A stretch of 64,000 nucleotides of DNA from positions 107,510,001 through 107,574,000 of the forward strand of contig CM052817.1 of NCBI GenBank assembly GCA_028534125.1, written 5' to 3'. This document shows positions 1 to 12,547 of this stretch, in pieces. Below the pieces are notes generated by a model. That model was not told the origin of the DNA. It was given only the letters and a program-made list of their open reading frames with translations, and ran no database searches. Source of the DNA: Lama glama (Eukaryota). The first letter of the stretch is position 1. Each line of letters starts with the position of its first letter. The translations under genes and the position numbers were made by a program.

Positions 1-1915
1 CCCAGATTCCACAGTTTATGTTATAGCTCACTCTTAGTGTTACATGTTCTATGGGTTTGGACATATATATGTATATATTACATATCCATCACTATAGTGT
101 CCTACATATGGTATCATACAGGGCGTATCATGCCCTAAAAATCCTCTGTGCATCCCCTCACTGCCCCTTAACTCCTGGCAACAACTGATCTTTTTATTGC
201 ATCCAGTTTTGTCTTTTACAGAATGTTATATAGTTTTAATTATATGGTATATAGCTTTATCAGATGACTTATTTCACTGAGTGATATGCCTGAAGTTTCC
301 TCCATGTCTTTTCATGGCTTGATAGATTATTTCCTTTTAGCACCGAATAATATTCCATTGTCTGGTTATATAACACAGTTTATGTATCCATTCACCTACT
401 GGGGCGCATCTTGGTTGCTTCCAAGTTTTGGCATTGAATAATGAAGCTGCAGTAAACACCCAGGTGCAGATTTTTGTATGGACATAAGTTTTCAATTCCT
501 TGGATAAACGCCAAGAAGCACAATTGCTGGATGGCATGTTAAGAGTATGCTTTGTTTCGTAATAAACTAGCAAACTGCCTCCCAGAGTGGCTGCACCATC
601 TTACATTCCCGTCAGCAATGGCTGAGAGTTCCTGTTGCTCCGCATCCTCACTAGCATTTGGTGTTGTCAGTGTTCTGGATTTTGACCCCGCTAGTAAGTG
701 TGTAGCAGTATCTCATTGTTTTAATTTGCATTTCCTGGTGACAGAGGATGTAAAGCATCTTCTCATGTAATTATTTGCCATGTGTATATCTTCTTTGGCG
801 AAGTGTTTGTTAAGGTGCTTGGCCCACTTTTAAATTGGTTGTTTGTTTTCTAAAGTTTTAAGAATTCTTTGTATATTTTTGGATCATGGTCCTTTATCAG
901 CTGAGTCCTTCGCAAATATTTTCTCTCAGTCTGTGGCTCGTCTTGCAATTCTCTTGACATTGTCTTTTGCAAAGCAGAAGTTTTAAATTTTAATGAAGAC
1001 TAGCGTATCAATGATTTCTTTCATGAATCATGTCTTTGGTGCTGTATATGGTCATCTAGGTTTTCTCCTACGTCATGTTCTAGGACTCTTATAGTTCTGC
1101 ATTTTACATTGAGATCTATGGTCTATTTTGAGTTAATTTTCATGAGGAGTGTAAGGTCTGTGTCTGGATCCTCTTTTTTTTTGCATTTGGATGTTTATTT
1201 GTTCCAGCACCGTTTGTTGAAGAGGCTATCTTTGTTGCATCGCATTGCCTTTGTGCCTTTTTCAAAGATCAGTTGACTATATATGTTAGAGTCTGTTTCT
1301 CTTCTGTTCCACTGATCTGTTTGTTCTTTCACTAATACCATGTTGTCTTGATTATGCAGCTTTATAGTAAGTATGGAAATTGGGAAGTGTCGGTCCTCCG
1401 ATTTTGTTCTTCTCCAATATTGTGTTGGCTATTTTGGGTCTTTTGCTTTTCCATACAAACTTAAGAATCAACTTGTCTGTATCCAGGCATTTTGATCAAG
1501 ATTGCACTGTACCTAGAGATCAAGTTGGGAAGAGCAGATGTTTTGACAATATTGAGTCTTCCTTTGTATGAACATGGACTATATCTCCATTTATTTAGTT
1601 CTCCTTTGATTTCATTCACCAGTCTTATAGTTTTCCTCATATAAATCTTGAACACACTTTGTTAGATTTAAACTGACATATTTCATTTCTTGGGTGCTAA
1701 TTAAATGGTATTGTGTTTCTAATTTCAAATTTCACTTGTTCATTGTTGGCATATAAGGGAAACAATGGACTTTTCTGTATTAAGCTTGTATCCTGCAACT
1801 TTGCTATAATTGCTTATTAGTTCCAGGGGTTACTTTGTTGATTCTTTTCGAATTTTCTACATACAGGATCATGTCAGCTGTGAACAAAGACAGTTTTTAT
1901 GTCTTCCTTTCCCGT
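1..1915 (-). mobile_element. L1 (L1MC-like) ORF2 C-terminal region and 3'UTR, continues off the window start
   Basis: Minus-strand peptides [17 protein letters not shown] and KTWKQPRC..GEWIHKL are typical of L1; 'tgccctaaaaatcctctgtgc' is L1MC1/2-like 3'UTR. Confidence 0.9.
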
Positions 1916-1939
1916 CAGTAATCAGTAACAAGAACACTC

Positions 1940-2030
1940 AATATTATCTTCATTTCCCAGCTCAGGAAACTGAAGCACAGGGACATCATGTGATCGGCAT
2001 AGGTCACATGACTGGTAAGTGCCAAGGCAA
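1940..2030 (-). mobile_element. MIR SINE fragment
   Basis: MIR core-like 'caggaaactgaagcacag...ggtcacatgactggtaagtg'. Confidence 0.6.
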
Positions 2031-2767
2031 TGCTTTTTGCTGTAAAGTGTTTATGCTCCCCAGCAATGCAAAAGGTGGTACATCGTTTTTATTTTGATAG
2101 TTTTGTGTTTATTTTAATATGTCAGAAAAGCTAGGACAAGCACATCTAGCTCCTGATTTCATGTAGATTGTTGCCAAGTTTTAAAAGTGAATCCATTTAA
2201 AGATGAATGTTACATAGTAATATGGCATGTGGACATGACAACATATTAGAAATAAATCTGCCTGTTTTTATTCCTTCTTGACTCATTTCTTTTTCTTTTT
2301 TACTAAATCATTTTATACCATACTGGTACCTACAGGATAAAATCCAAAGTTTGGCATTAGTCTATACAGCTAGCTCTAGCCAGCTGACCTCTCCATTTAT
2401 CCACCAGAGGCCAAGAAGTCTTTACACTGTACATCAAGGACACTGTGGGCTTGACTCGCTTGAAATGCCCACCTCTCTCCTTTCCATCTATTTTTCTATT
2501 TCGAGATCTACACTGTATTACCTCCTCTATGATGCCATGAAACACAGTTCAGAATGGCCTCATTTTTCATTTATAGAGTGTATTTTTAAAAATCAATAAC
2601 TTAAACGTTAAATCTATATATTATGGATAATTTATCCATAATGTTTATTAGGTACCTTTTGTATCTCAGGCACTGTCTTTTTGTCTTTATAATCTCATAA
2701 TTGAGGGGCAAAAGATTCACATATGAAAAGTGAACTTACAAAAAAGTAACAACAGAGTCCATGACAG

Positions 2768-3078
2768 AGTCATTTCCTTCCTATCTATCTATCGATATGT
2801 ATCTATATATATCTTTTTCTTTTTATTGAACTATAATTGATTTACAAAGTTGTGTTAGTTTTTGGGGTACAGCCAAGTGATTCAGTTATACATATATATT
2901 CTTTTTCATTATAGGCTATTGCAAGATATTGAATGTAGTTCCCCGGCTATACAGGAGGACCTTGTTGTTTAACTATTTTATATATAGTAGTTTGTAACTG
3001 CTAATCCCCAGCTCCTAATTTATCCCTCCCCCTCCCCCTCCCCTCTCCCCTTTGGTAACTACAGTTTGTTTCTAGGAG
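2768..3078 (-). mobile_element. 5'-truncated L1 3' end with target-site duplication (TSD)
   Basis: L1 tail 'ttttattgaactataattgatttac'; 13-bp direct repeat gagtccatgacag at 2755-2767 and 3079-3091. Confidence 0.88.
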
Positions 3079-3119
3079 GAGTCCATGACAGCCATTATAA
3101 AAGGACACATGGATGTGTT

Positions 3120-3310
3120 GGAAAGGTCATAAGTTAGAATTAGACACCTGAATTTGTTGCTTATTAGCAGCAAATTAATGGGAACTTAGGCAACTTACTT
3201 AAGTGTTCTTATGATTTCTCATTGTTAAATAAGAGAAAAATGTATTTTGCAGACTGTAAACCATAAGGTAATGTTCTGTAAAATGCTGTGTAAACTGCAT
3301 AGCGATCTGC
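3120..3310 (+). mobile_element. MIR SINE, diverged
   Basis: 'ttaggcaacttacttaagtgttcttatgatttctcattgttaaat' resembles the MIR core. Confidence 0.5.
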
Positions 3311-3614
3311 AAGTACATTTTTATTTGCCATAATCTCTTCTATGGCAAGAGTATATTACTAACGGGAATTTTGAGACTGAGTTATTTTAAAATTGGTTTC
3401 CATCTGTAGGCCTTGGACAACAATAAATTTAATACTATCAAAAGAAAATATAGCATAATCACAAAATTCCCCCTTTGGAGTTATTAAATAAAAGATTCTA
3501 AATATGAAAGCACTTACTAGAAAAGGTAATGTGTCTGGCCAGATTCCAAGACTTTTAACGAAATAACGGTAATGAAATAAGCATGGCTTTGATATCAGGA
3601 GATACAAATAGACT

Positions 3615-3616
<2 letters not shown>

Positions 3617-3647
<31 letters not shown>
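3617..3647. repeat. (CA)n microsatellite
   Basis: Perfect CA run. Confidence 0.95.
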
Positions 3648-3649
<2 letters not shown>

Positions 3650-4830
3650 TGTGGAATGTAAGACAGGTGCCATTGTAGACCATTGGGGGAAAAAGACTAT
3701 TAAATGGGGTAAACCATTGCTAACTAGATGGGGAAAGGTACAATTAGATACCAGCCTCACATTCTATAAAATGACTAAATAATGTTCTGGTGGATGAGAG
3801 ACCTAGATTATGAAAATCTAAACCTTAAAACCTTAAAAGGAAATAAAGGAGACTATCTACATAACATTAGGACAGATAACATTTCTTAAGAAAAATGAAG
3901 TACAAGTCATCATGAAATGAGAAGGTTTTTACTGCACTAAAATGAAAAATTTCTATATGACTCAAAAAATTAATTAAGAGCTACACCCCTTTATTGGAAA
4001 ATTACAGTCACCATCATCACTAACAAAACTTTGAGTCCAGAATAAAGACCAGATACAAATCAATCAGAAAAACATCAAAAATAGGGGGAAAATGGGCACA
4101 GGATACGAATAGACAAGTCACAAAAGAAGAAATGTATTAGAAATGTACTCAGAAATCAGCAAAACTTTGAAGCCTATTGGTGGGAATGTGGAGTGAATAA
4201 GAACCTGACATTGCTGTGGGAATGTAAATTAGCACAAATATTTTGGAGGATAATTCACTGTTCTCAAGAAAATCAAAGATGCACATACCCTGCAAATCAG
4301 CAACTTACTTCTACATGTTGACCTTAAATACACCCATCCCTGGAGGTGACAGATGCAAGGCTGTCTCTTTCAGCATTGTTTGTAACAGTGAAAACGAGAC
4401 ACGTGGGGTCAACCAAATTGTCTGTCTGTAGAGAAGTGAACAAGTAAGCTCTGGTTTAGTCTTATGATGAAAGGCTTAGCTGAAGAAAAAGATGAAACAG
4501 AAGTAAAGAAAGTTATCAAAATGGCTAAATTTCAATAATATTTAGGGGAAAAAAAGCAAGCGACAGGATATGTTGAGTGTGGAACCATTTCTACAGAAAT
4601 TCTATCACACTTCAAAAAGGTCTAAATGGTTTATTTTATGGATGTGGACTTGCATAAAATATGTTTGGAATGACACAAGCCAACTTTGGTCTCATGTTTC
4701 ATCTGGGGATGTCGGGGAACTAGCTGGGGGCCAGAGAATTGGCTGTTATCAGAAGTTCTACTCCTTAAAAGAAGTCACTGGAAGCAAACAAGGGAAAATG
4801 TTGATATTTTAAAAATCAGCATGTAGGGAT
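3650..4830 (+). mobile_element. Old L1 (L1ME-like) ORF2 end and 3'UTR
   Basis: Degenerate L1 phrases such as 'aaaatgggcacaggatacgaatagaca' and 'tgggaatgtaaattagcaca'. Confidence 0.7.
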
Positions 4831-4919
4831 ATGAGGATAAAGAACCTTTTTGTTATTCTGTAAGATGCTTTCTGCTGGATCTCACATATACATATATATA
4901 CTTACAAATATATATATAT

Positions 4920-6310
4920 TTAATGATCTAGCAGTTCTGCTCCCAGATATTTATCTATGAGAAATGAAATGTGTACCCACAAAAAGACTTATACAAGCAT
5001 GTTCATAGCAGCCTTATTCTTCCTGGCTCTAAACTGGAAATAATATATAGGGCATTGTAAATCGACAACACTTCAATGAAAAAAAATAAAATGAAATAAA
5101 AAAGAAATCATGCGTATGTCCATCGACAGGGGAAGCACCCTGGTTAGACAATGAAAAGTCCCTCAACAGCAGGAAGGAATGAATGACCTCTACACATTCA
5201 GCAAGGGTGTCTGTCATAAAAGCTTTATGTGAGCTAGCGAAACACCCGGAAAGCAACATTATAAGGTTCTGTTTACGTGGCCACAATACTGGCCACATAA
5301 TTTGAATAGCCCGGCACAGAATGAAAACGTAGAGCCACAGAACAGGAAGACGTGCCCTTAAAATTACCAAGACGTCAGGCTTTTCCTTTCTGCCACCGTC
5401 TTTTGAATCATTGTGGCATTTTTATTTGCTATTTAATCTTGCTTGAAGTAAAGAAAAATTAAAATTGTTACATTTACTATTCAATATTAGAATGTATTGT
5501 TCCTCTTTACATTGTGCAATGCCAGCTTTAAATGCCAACATCGGAACATTTCTCTTGTATGCGGAATTACGGGACTGACACAATTTGTATTTTGTAGCTC
5601 GTACATCCACATGTATTTTGTTCTTATCCAAAGAGTGGGCATGCTGCACAGAGCTAATTTAAGCATTTTTGTTTCACTTCTTGAAGCACAAATGCTCTAC
5701 CAACACTCTGCACCTTTGGCTTAATGATGAGTAAGACCTGAAGGGTAAAGGAACGAAGGTGCGCTCTGCCCTCTCTCTCCTCTCCTCTTAGAGCATCATT
5801 TTTAGTGTAAGTGGCCGCCCAATGCAGGGAAGTCAAAGCAACAGGAAAGGACATGTCATACCCTTCCTTGCTCGCTGGTGTTCCCTAGAACACCATCGCT
5901 TCCGTCTTGTGTTGGAAGCAAGTTCTGACTGGCAAGTAAAAGCGTTTGTTCATTCCTAGTGGGAGTATGCTTACCTCACTTTGTGTCTTGCTGAACTCCC
6001 AGTCATCACTTGTGCCCCGGAATTTTGTCCTCCTGGGGCTTTGCAAAGGCCACAAGCCAATGGGACAACAAGGAACCAAGGATGCACTGTCCAATCAGAC
6101 TCGATTTCCAAAACACAGGTTCAAAGATAAACTTCTTAAGAACTTCAAGACAGCAATAATAGCTGGGTGCAAACTAAATGTGGGGCCCTTGTGAGCACAG
6201 TTATTTGTGTCTATATTTCAGTTATGGGCATGTATGTTTCCCCAAACTCAGCAAACCTAAAATCTGTGCAATGTATTACATGTAACTTGCAAGTAAATAA
6301 AAAATAAAAA
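4920..6310 (+). mobile_element. Old L1 3'UTR split by the MER45 insertion
   Basis: L1 3'UTR 'ctagcagttctgctcccagatatttatc..aaaagacttatacaagcatgttcatagcagc' stops near 5283, resumes near 6201 and ends A-rich. Confidence 0.65.
5284..6200 (-). mobile_element. MER45B/C-like hAT-Tip100 DNA transposon
   Basis: Both ends match the reverse complement of MER45 termini ('ctggccacataatttg..cagaatgaaaac' and 'ttaagaacttcaagacagc..ggggcccttgtgagc'); about 0.9 kb. Confidence 0.7.
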
Positions 6311-6482
6311 ACCAAAAATCACCCCCAGCAGTTTTCTCCTAAATGCAAAACTGCAAAAAATTTTTATATGTTATTGATTTAATTTTTCATGATGACTAAT
6401 CATGTAACAAACAGAATAGATCAAAGTGATCAAGTTGATCAGTTATCAGCCTCCTCCTGCCACATCCTTCCAGTTTTATGAC

Positions 6483-6916
6483 CTACTTCAGTAGTTATTT
6501 AAAAGTGGCAAAATGATTACACAAGCACAGAGTAATTTTTTTGTCTTGTTCTGTATTTTTTTCCCAGAGAAAGCAGTTATTCCTTTGAATAGTGTAACAC
6601 ATGAAAAAGAAGATTGTAATGATAAGCCTACAATTTCAGCTAAACAACAAAGAACTGCTTCCTTCTTTTATGTCTCGTGGAATATGTAATCTGCCTGCAA
6701 TTCATGGGAAATTTACAGTCATTTTTCTCCAGGACAGTGTGAGCCCCTAGAAAGAAAGGCTTTGATAAGGATCATGATCTCGTGCCTCCTGGGCGCTTTT
6801 GTCCCGGTCAAGGACACATACTGAAGGGTGCTTCCCCCGGTGTGGTTATAATCACACCAGCGGGAAGGAATGAAGTTCAGTGCGGCTGGACTTCGCCTCA
6901 CACTTAGTTATCACAT
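6483..6916 (-). pseudogene. Relic exon, C-terminal RGS-like domain (3' boundary uncertain)
   Basis: Acceptor ttgcattgcag|6916; ILIKAFLSRG then, in another frame, RLHIPRDIKE; compare RGSL1 IIQKLFLNSD..RVNVPEFQKD. Confidence 0.35.
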
Positions 6917-7064
6917 CTGCAATGCAATCAAGAACTTTAATGTATCTTCTTAAGATTTTATTTGAGTATTTTCCCAGTGACTAACCTTCAGGAGGATGGT
7001 GACTTATTTTCACGTTTGTCTGTAATAAGGAAGCTAACATACTGTCTGATTATTTCTCTGTTCA

Positions 7065-7564
7065 NNNNNNNNNNNNNNNNNNNNNNNNNNNNNNNNNNNN
7101 NNNNNNNNNNNNNNNNNNNNNNNNNNNNNNNNNNNNNNNNNNNNNNNNNNNNNNNNNNNNNNNNNNNNNNNNNNNNNNNNNNNNNNNNNNNNNNNNNNNN
7201 NNNNNNNNNNNNNNNNNNNNNNNNNNNNNNNNNNNNNNNNNNNNNNNNNNNNNNNNNNNNNNNNNNNNNNNNNNNNNNNNNNNNNNNNNNNNNNNNNNNN
7301 NNNNNNNNNNNNNNNNNNNNNNNNNNNNNNNNNNNNNNNNNNNNNNNNNNNNNNNNNNNNNNNNNNNNNNNNNNNNNNNNNNNNNNNNNNNNNNNNNNNN
7401 NNNNNNNNNNNNNNNNNNNNNNNNNNNNNNNNNNNNNNNNNNNNNNNNNNNNNNNNNNNNNNNNNNNNNNNNNNNNNNNNNNNNNNNNNNNNNNNNNNNN
7501 NNNNNNNNNNNNNNNNNNNNNNNNNNNNNNNNNNNNNNNNNNNNNNNNNNNNNNNNNNNNNNNN
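7065..7564. other. Assembly gap (500 N)
   Basis: Run of N. Confidence 1.
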
Positions 7565-7775
7565 ATGCTGTTCTGATCCACTTTCCAACAGAGATAAAAG
7601 AAGCTAGGTTCTGCTCTCTCTTCTTAGGAACATAAACCAATAGTCTGATTATTGTTGTTATTTAGATTAATTGGATGTGTTTCCTTTTGTTACAGCAAAC
7701 AGAAGAGCAGACAGACTTCCCTGTACTGACGACGCGGTGGTACTAGCATGAGTTAGAAGGGGCCCTTCTTCTCCA

Positions 7776-7874
7776 TTTTTTTTTCTTTCCCTTTTTAGTG
7801 GAGATGCTGGAGATTGAACCCAGGACCTCAAGCATGCTAAGCGTGTGCTCTACCACTGAGCTATACCTTCCCCC
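7776..7874 (-). mobile_element. tRNA-Ala-derived SINE (camelid Vic-1-like)
   Basis: Reverse complement GGGGGAAGGTATAGCTCAGTGGTAGAGCACACGCTTAGCATGCTTGAGGTCCTGGGTTCAATCTCCAGCATCTCCA plus A-rich tail; A and B boxes present. Confidence 0.9.
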
Positions 7875-8154
7875 AGAGATAGAAAACAAACTTACGGTGA
7901 AGGCGGTGGGAAGGAGTAAATTAGGAGCTTGGAATTAGCAGACACACACTACTATATATAAAATAGATAAACAACAAGGTCCTACTGTACAGCACAGGGA
8001 ACTATACTCAATATCTCATAGTAATCTATAATGGAGAAGAATATGAAAACAAATATTTGTATGTATATGGATGACTGAAACTTGATGCTGTACACCAGAC
8101 ATTAATGCAACATTGTAAACTGACTTTATTTCATTACAAATAAAGTTTAAAAAA
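7875..8154 (+). mobile_element. L1 3' end
   Basis: 'aaacaacaaggtcctactgtacagcacagggaactatactcaatatc..aataaa', a lineage-type L1 tail. Confidence 0.9.
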
Positions 8155-8263
8155 TAGAAGGAGCTCTTCTCCTGGACTGCCCACAATTGATAAGAGAACT
8201 ACAGTAGGTATTCTTGGCTGACGAAGTCCAATACCCAAGTATGAATACTTTGAATATTTTTAC

Positions 8264-8728
8264 CCAGCAGCTTGGCGCTACATTTTGTAGTGAACTCCTG
8301 GTTGGCTCGGCAGGAAGAATCTGTGCTCAGAAACAGCTGTTATCAGCAGGGGTCCCAACAAATCTGCCAGGCTGCTTTTGCTCCTGAACGGGAATGCCTT
8401 GAGGCGAGCATCTCCAGTTTGCCCCTGTTCACGCCTGGCCCCATCACCTGTTTGGTGTCATCTGAGGGGCTACCGCATTGGCAACCTTCATTCTACCCAA
8501 ACTATCCTGAAATTCTTCCTGCCAAGGAGGCTCACTGGCAACCTTAGCTGCCCTTAAACATTTCCAGTCCCAGTCACCTACATCCTGCTCTACAGGGCTC
8601 CACTTCGTGGTAACGTCATAAGCTTCTGAACAAATCCAAAGATTTGGGGTGGACGTTTATCCTGCCGTCAGGCGGTCTGGGGTCCCAGATATTTAACTCC
8701 CATCAATCCATGATTAAAATGAGAGATG
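8264..8728 (-). pseudogene. Relic exon encoding an RGS-like domain
   Basis: Acceptor ggcttctctccag|8728, donor 8264|gtaaaa; LDLFRSL*RYHE..LEMFK and DPC**QLFLST lie about 98 codons apart, versus about 103 aa between FRQFL and WLPLFLAS in remembered RGS22. Confidence 0.55.
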
Positions 8729-8898
8729 CTGGAGAGAAGCCACAGATGGCACCATGCAGGTCAGTTCCTCTGGGTTCTACCCTTGCAGCAAGTTAGATGA
8801 AACACCATTGACCTGGACTATATTAACTTTTCCTATAAAAATGTATTTCCTGAAATAAAATGTAATATTGTGCCCTTGGCTTTATGAATAAGAAAATT

Positions 8899-9165
8899 TC
8901 ATCGATCAAAGTCTTTATCAAAACACACATGGGTTACAGGTTTTATCCCTGTTGCCAGATCAGAAGTTTGACTCTCTTGAATTGATATACTTCTTCTTAC
9001 TCCACTTGTAATTGTTTTTTTCATCTTGGCTCTAAGAATTTGAGAATTAATGCTCCTCTCTCTCCGTGGGGTTTCTTGCCTCTCTTTCACTTTTAATGGT
9101 TTTCTGTATGCACGCGCATAAATTGGCTTGGAATTGGTTTTCAAGGACCTTCCGAAAGCATATGG
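8899..9165 (-). pseudogene. Relic exon with 88 still-open codons (PYAFGRSLK...THVCFDKDFDR*)
   Basis: Acceptor tttgtttgcattttttaag|9165 in phase 0, frame open to TGA at 8901-8899; the true donor is uncertain. Confidence 0.45.
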
Positions 9166-10011
9166 CTTAAAAAATGCAAACAAATCATTAAACATGAACG
9201 TCATTACAGTCGAATATGCCAATGGCTTTTAAAGAGTTGATCACTCTTGTCTTACTCTTTACCTCTATTTTAAACAGGAAAAAGTATGGAAAAATCTAAT
9301 GTTTTAAATAATTTTCTTAGGGAAATAACGAAAGTGGTATGCAAAAACTTAGCACAAGAAGCAGTCCTTGAAATGCTGTTTGTAATAACAAAATGAGGAC
9401 ATATCTATCTGTATTTATAAAAATACTGGCAATTTGCTAAAGAAATTCATGGATGTCTATCCATGCAGTGGAACATTACCCAGCTATTTGAAAAGAGGTT
9501 GCTGTCCAAGTATTTGTTAGATGAAAGTTGTTTAGAATATTGTGATTCAAAACATATATATCTATAGTGTTAGAATTTTTTTAGTGCACAGAAAAATCTG
9601 GAATTATGTATACCAACGCATTAACCATGATTGCTCTGGGAAATTGGATTATAAATTGGAATGATATGTATTTCAAATATGTTTCATTTTTGCTTGTGTC
9701 TTTTTTTTTTACTCTCTGTAATAAACATGCCTTATTTTAAATAAAAGCTAATAGACTTCAAATTAAAAACAGAGCCTGTGGTTTGAGATTTTATTATCCT
9801 GAGTGTTTGAAATGGCAGAGGGACGTGACCAGTGGATTCAGTGATCTACAGCCATCTGTTGCAGGAACACCAGGCCCAGAGAGGAACTTCAAAGAGCAGC
9901 TCCCAGATGAGCCCCGACTGGTCCTTTGATGTGCAGTGTAGCATCCTCTACGCACCGTTTAACTGCTCTTGGTTATTGGCTGCTGCCAAGAAGACAGGAT
10001 TAGGGACCTAC

Positions 10012-10535
10012 CTGCTCAGTAAACTAGCTTTGATTTAGTAGAGGTGGAGATTAAGGGATTTGTTAATAGATGTGATCCAGAAAGGTCTGTTGTCCTCGTT
10101 TTTGACATTTCTGAGAGATTTTTCAGAAAGGCTATAGCACACAATAATTCAGCTCGTGTCCTTAAGATCCATCCGCTTTTAAAATACAGGCACTTGTGGA
10201 CTTGGAATGAGGGGATTTCATAGTACCTGGGGAAAAAAAAAACCTGGTGCCTAGCAGAATAGCAGGCAGAGCCCAAGTTGCCCTGTTGTTACAAGCTAGT
10301 CCTTCAAAGCTATCCACTGACATCTTTTATTCTTTTTCACTTCTTTCTGATTCTTTTAAAGCGTGGGGAATGTTCTAAGTTCCCTGCATCCACTTCTCCA
10401 TGAGACAGTTTGCACTGACACCTGAGGCTTCCGTTTCAAGAACAGAGTCACTTTTAAACAACGGGTGTCTTGTCCTTTTCCAGCTAATCCTGACTCGGTC
10501 CTTTGGAACACCTGAAGGGGCGTTTGCCCCATCGT
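10012..10535 (-). pseudogene. Relic exon(s), low-complexity linker
   Basis: Acceptor atgttttatttccag|10535 and donor CAG|GTAGGT at 10012; 524 nt, phase 1 to 0, fitting both neighbours; about 53 open codons then many stops; alternative acceptor at 10226. Confidence 0.4.
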
Positions 10536-11329
10536 CTGGAAATAAAACATTATCGGGCTCACGGGTGGTGTCTGACTGATGTGCAGGGTGTGAAAGCAAA
10601 GGTAGCTATTTGGAGAACGGCTCTGTTCTGGGGAAGAGCGGGAGAAATGTTCTCAAATCTGTGGGTGCCCTCTCTCTATGGGCTTAGGGAGCCACAAATC
10701 AGAGCAGTGGGTCTCATGGTCACTTCAGCTGCAACCTCACTTGGAAAAATCTCTGTCTGCATCTGTTCCCAATAGGACGATTAAAGTCCACCTCCACAGT
10801 TGGTGTTATTGTATCTGGTCTTCTGCAAGCTGAAGAGACTGCGTCTTATTTCGATTTTTATTACCAATAGTGCCTAAAATAGGACTTTTCACATTGTTCA
10901 TACAAAAATCCTGCGCTTATAGAATTGACTCAGTATTTTTCATCTTTTTAAGCTAATGAATAAAACTTATCAGCTAAAAAAAAGTCACTGGCTCAAAGTC
11001 ATAAGGAAAGAAAGTCTATATAAATTTGACAAACTTGATGGGATGACGCTTCCTTGAGACAGCTCACTGTAGTCTCTGTTGTTGATGCTCTCATATCAAA
11101 AGTCTAAGTATGGAAACCCCTCGCCAGAGATTGGTTTAGGAAAAAGCATATGATCTCATGTGACTTAATAAGACACAAGGAGAGTCAGTTAATGTTCTTT
11201 GCGGAAGAAAAATATTTAACATTTTTAAGAAGAAGGTATACTAAGAGATGGTTCATTTCATTCTTGGACATAATTATATTTATTTATGATAAATAAGAAA
11301 CTTTCATCGGGTTAATAACATTTCATTCT

Positions 11330-12250
11330 ACAGATATAACATTTCTGTTTATTCATTAAAATCAGTTACTAGACATTTGGTTGTTTCCACTTTTGGGCTA
11401 TTATGAACAATGCTACCATAAATATTCATGTGACTATTATTCATGTGAAAATTAATGCTTTCTTTTTTATTATACACGTAACATTATATTAGCTTCAGGT
11501 ATACAACATAATGATTCAATATTTGTATATACTGCAAAATAATCAACAGGTCAACAACTTAACATCCATCACCATGTTCAGTTACAATTTTTTTTTCCTG
11601 TGTAATGAAACCTGTTGTCTGCCCCCTTTGCAACTTTCATTTATATAATATGATATTATTAACTGTAGTTACCATGCTGTGACTCCTTGACTTATTTATT
11701 TTACAACTGGAAGTTTGCGCCTTTTGACACCTCCCTTCACTCATTTTGCTCACTGTCCACCCCAAGGTCCATCCATGTTATTGCAAATGGCAAGATTTCC
11801 TTCATTTTATGGCTGAATAAATTATTTTCTTTATCCATTCATCTATTGATGGAGTTTAGTTTGCTTCCATATCTTGGCTATTTGTAAATAATGCTGAAAT
11901 GAACATAGGGGTACATATATCTTTTTAAGTTAGTGTTTTCATTTATTTTGGATATATATCCAGAAGTGGAACTACCAGATCATATAGCAGTTCTATTTTT
12001 AATTTTTTGAGGAACCTCCATACTCTTTTCCGTAGTGGTTGTACCAATTAACATTCCCACCAACAGTGCACAAGGGTTCCCTTTTCTCCACACCCTGTCC
12101 AACAGATGTTCCTTGCCTTTTTGATAAAAAGCCATTCTGACGGGTGTGAGGTGCTGTCTCCTTGTGGTTGTGACTTGCATCTCCCCGATGATGAGCGACA
12201 ACGAGCATCTTTTCATGTGCCTGCTGGGCATCTGTATGTCTTCTGGACAT
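11330..12250 (-). mobile_element. L1 3' region
   Basis: Peptides [30 protein letters not shown] and EKREPLCTVGGNVNWY (ORF2 C-terminus). Confidence 0.9.
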
Positions 12251-12547
12251 TATCATATCCAGGTGTGACACTTGGAACTCCTGGAGTTACTTGGGGCCAC
12301 GTGGGCCCCACCTGAGGGCAAAGACAACACATGGAGGCTCACATGGAGGTAAAAATAAAGTGGGTCTTTGATGACTTCATTGAATCACTGCATCAAACAA
12401 ACTTGTAGGCTCTACTCCCTCAGAAACTCTTTTCATGTGACACCATATATTTCCTTATTGATTAAGCCAATTTGTATTTGTTATTTTTTGTTATGTGTAA
12501 TTAAATGCATCTTAACACACCCTCTACTGTCATCTCAAGAAATCTGG

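Noticed and set aside
6962..7640. Longest ORFs in the track (184-204 aa)
   Set aside because: Artefacts of reading through the N gap
7776..7874. Functional tRNA-Ala genes (also ~36900 and ~50500)
   Set aside because: Diverged stems, A-rich tails and multiple dispersed copies mark them as SINEs
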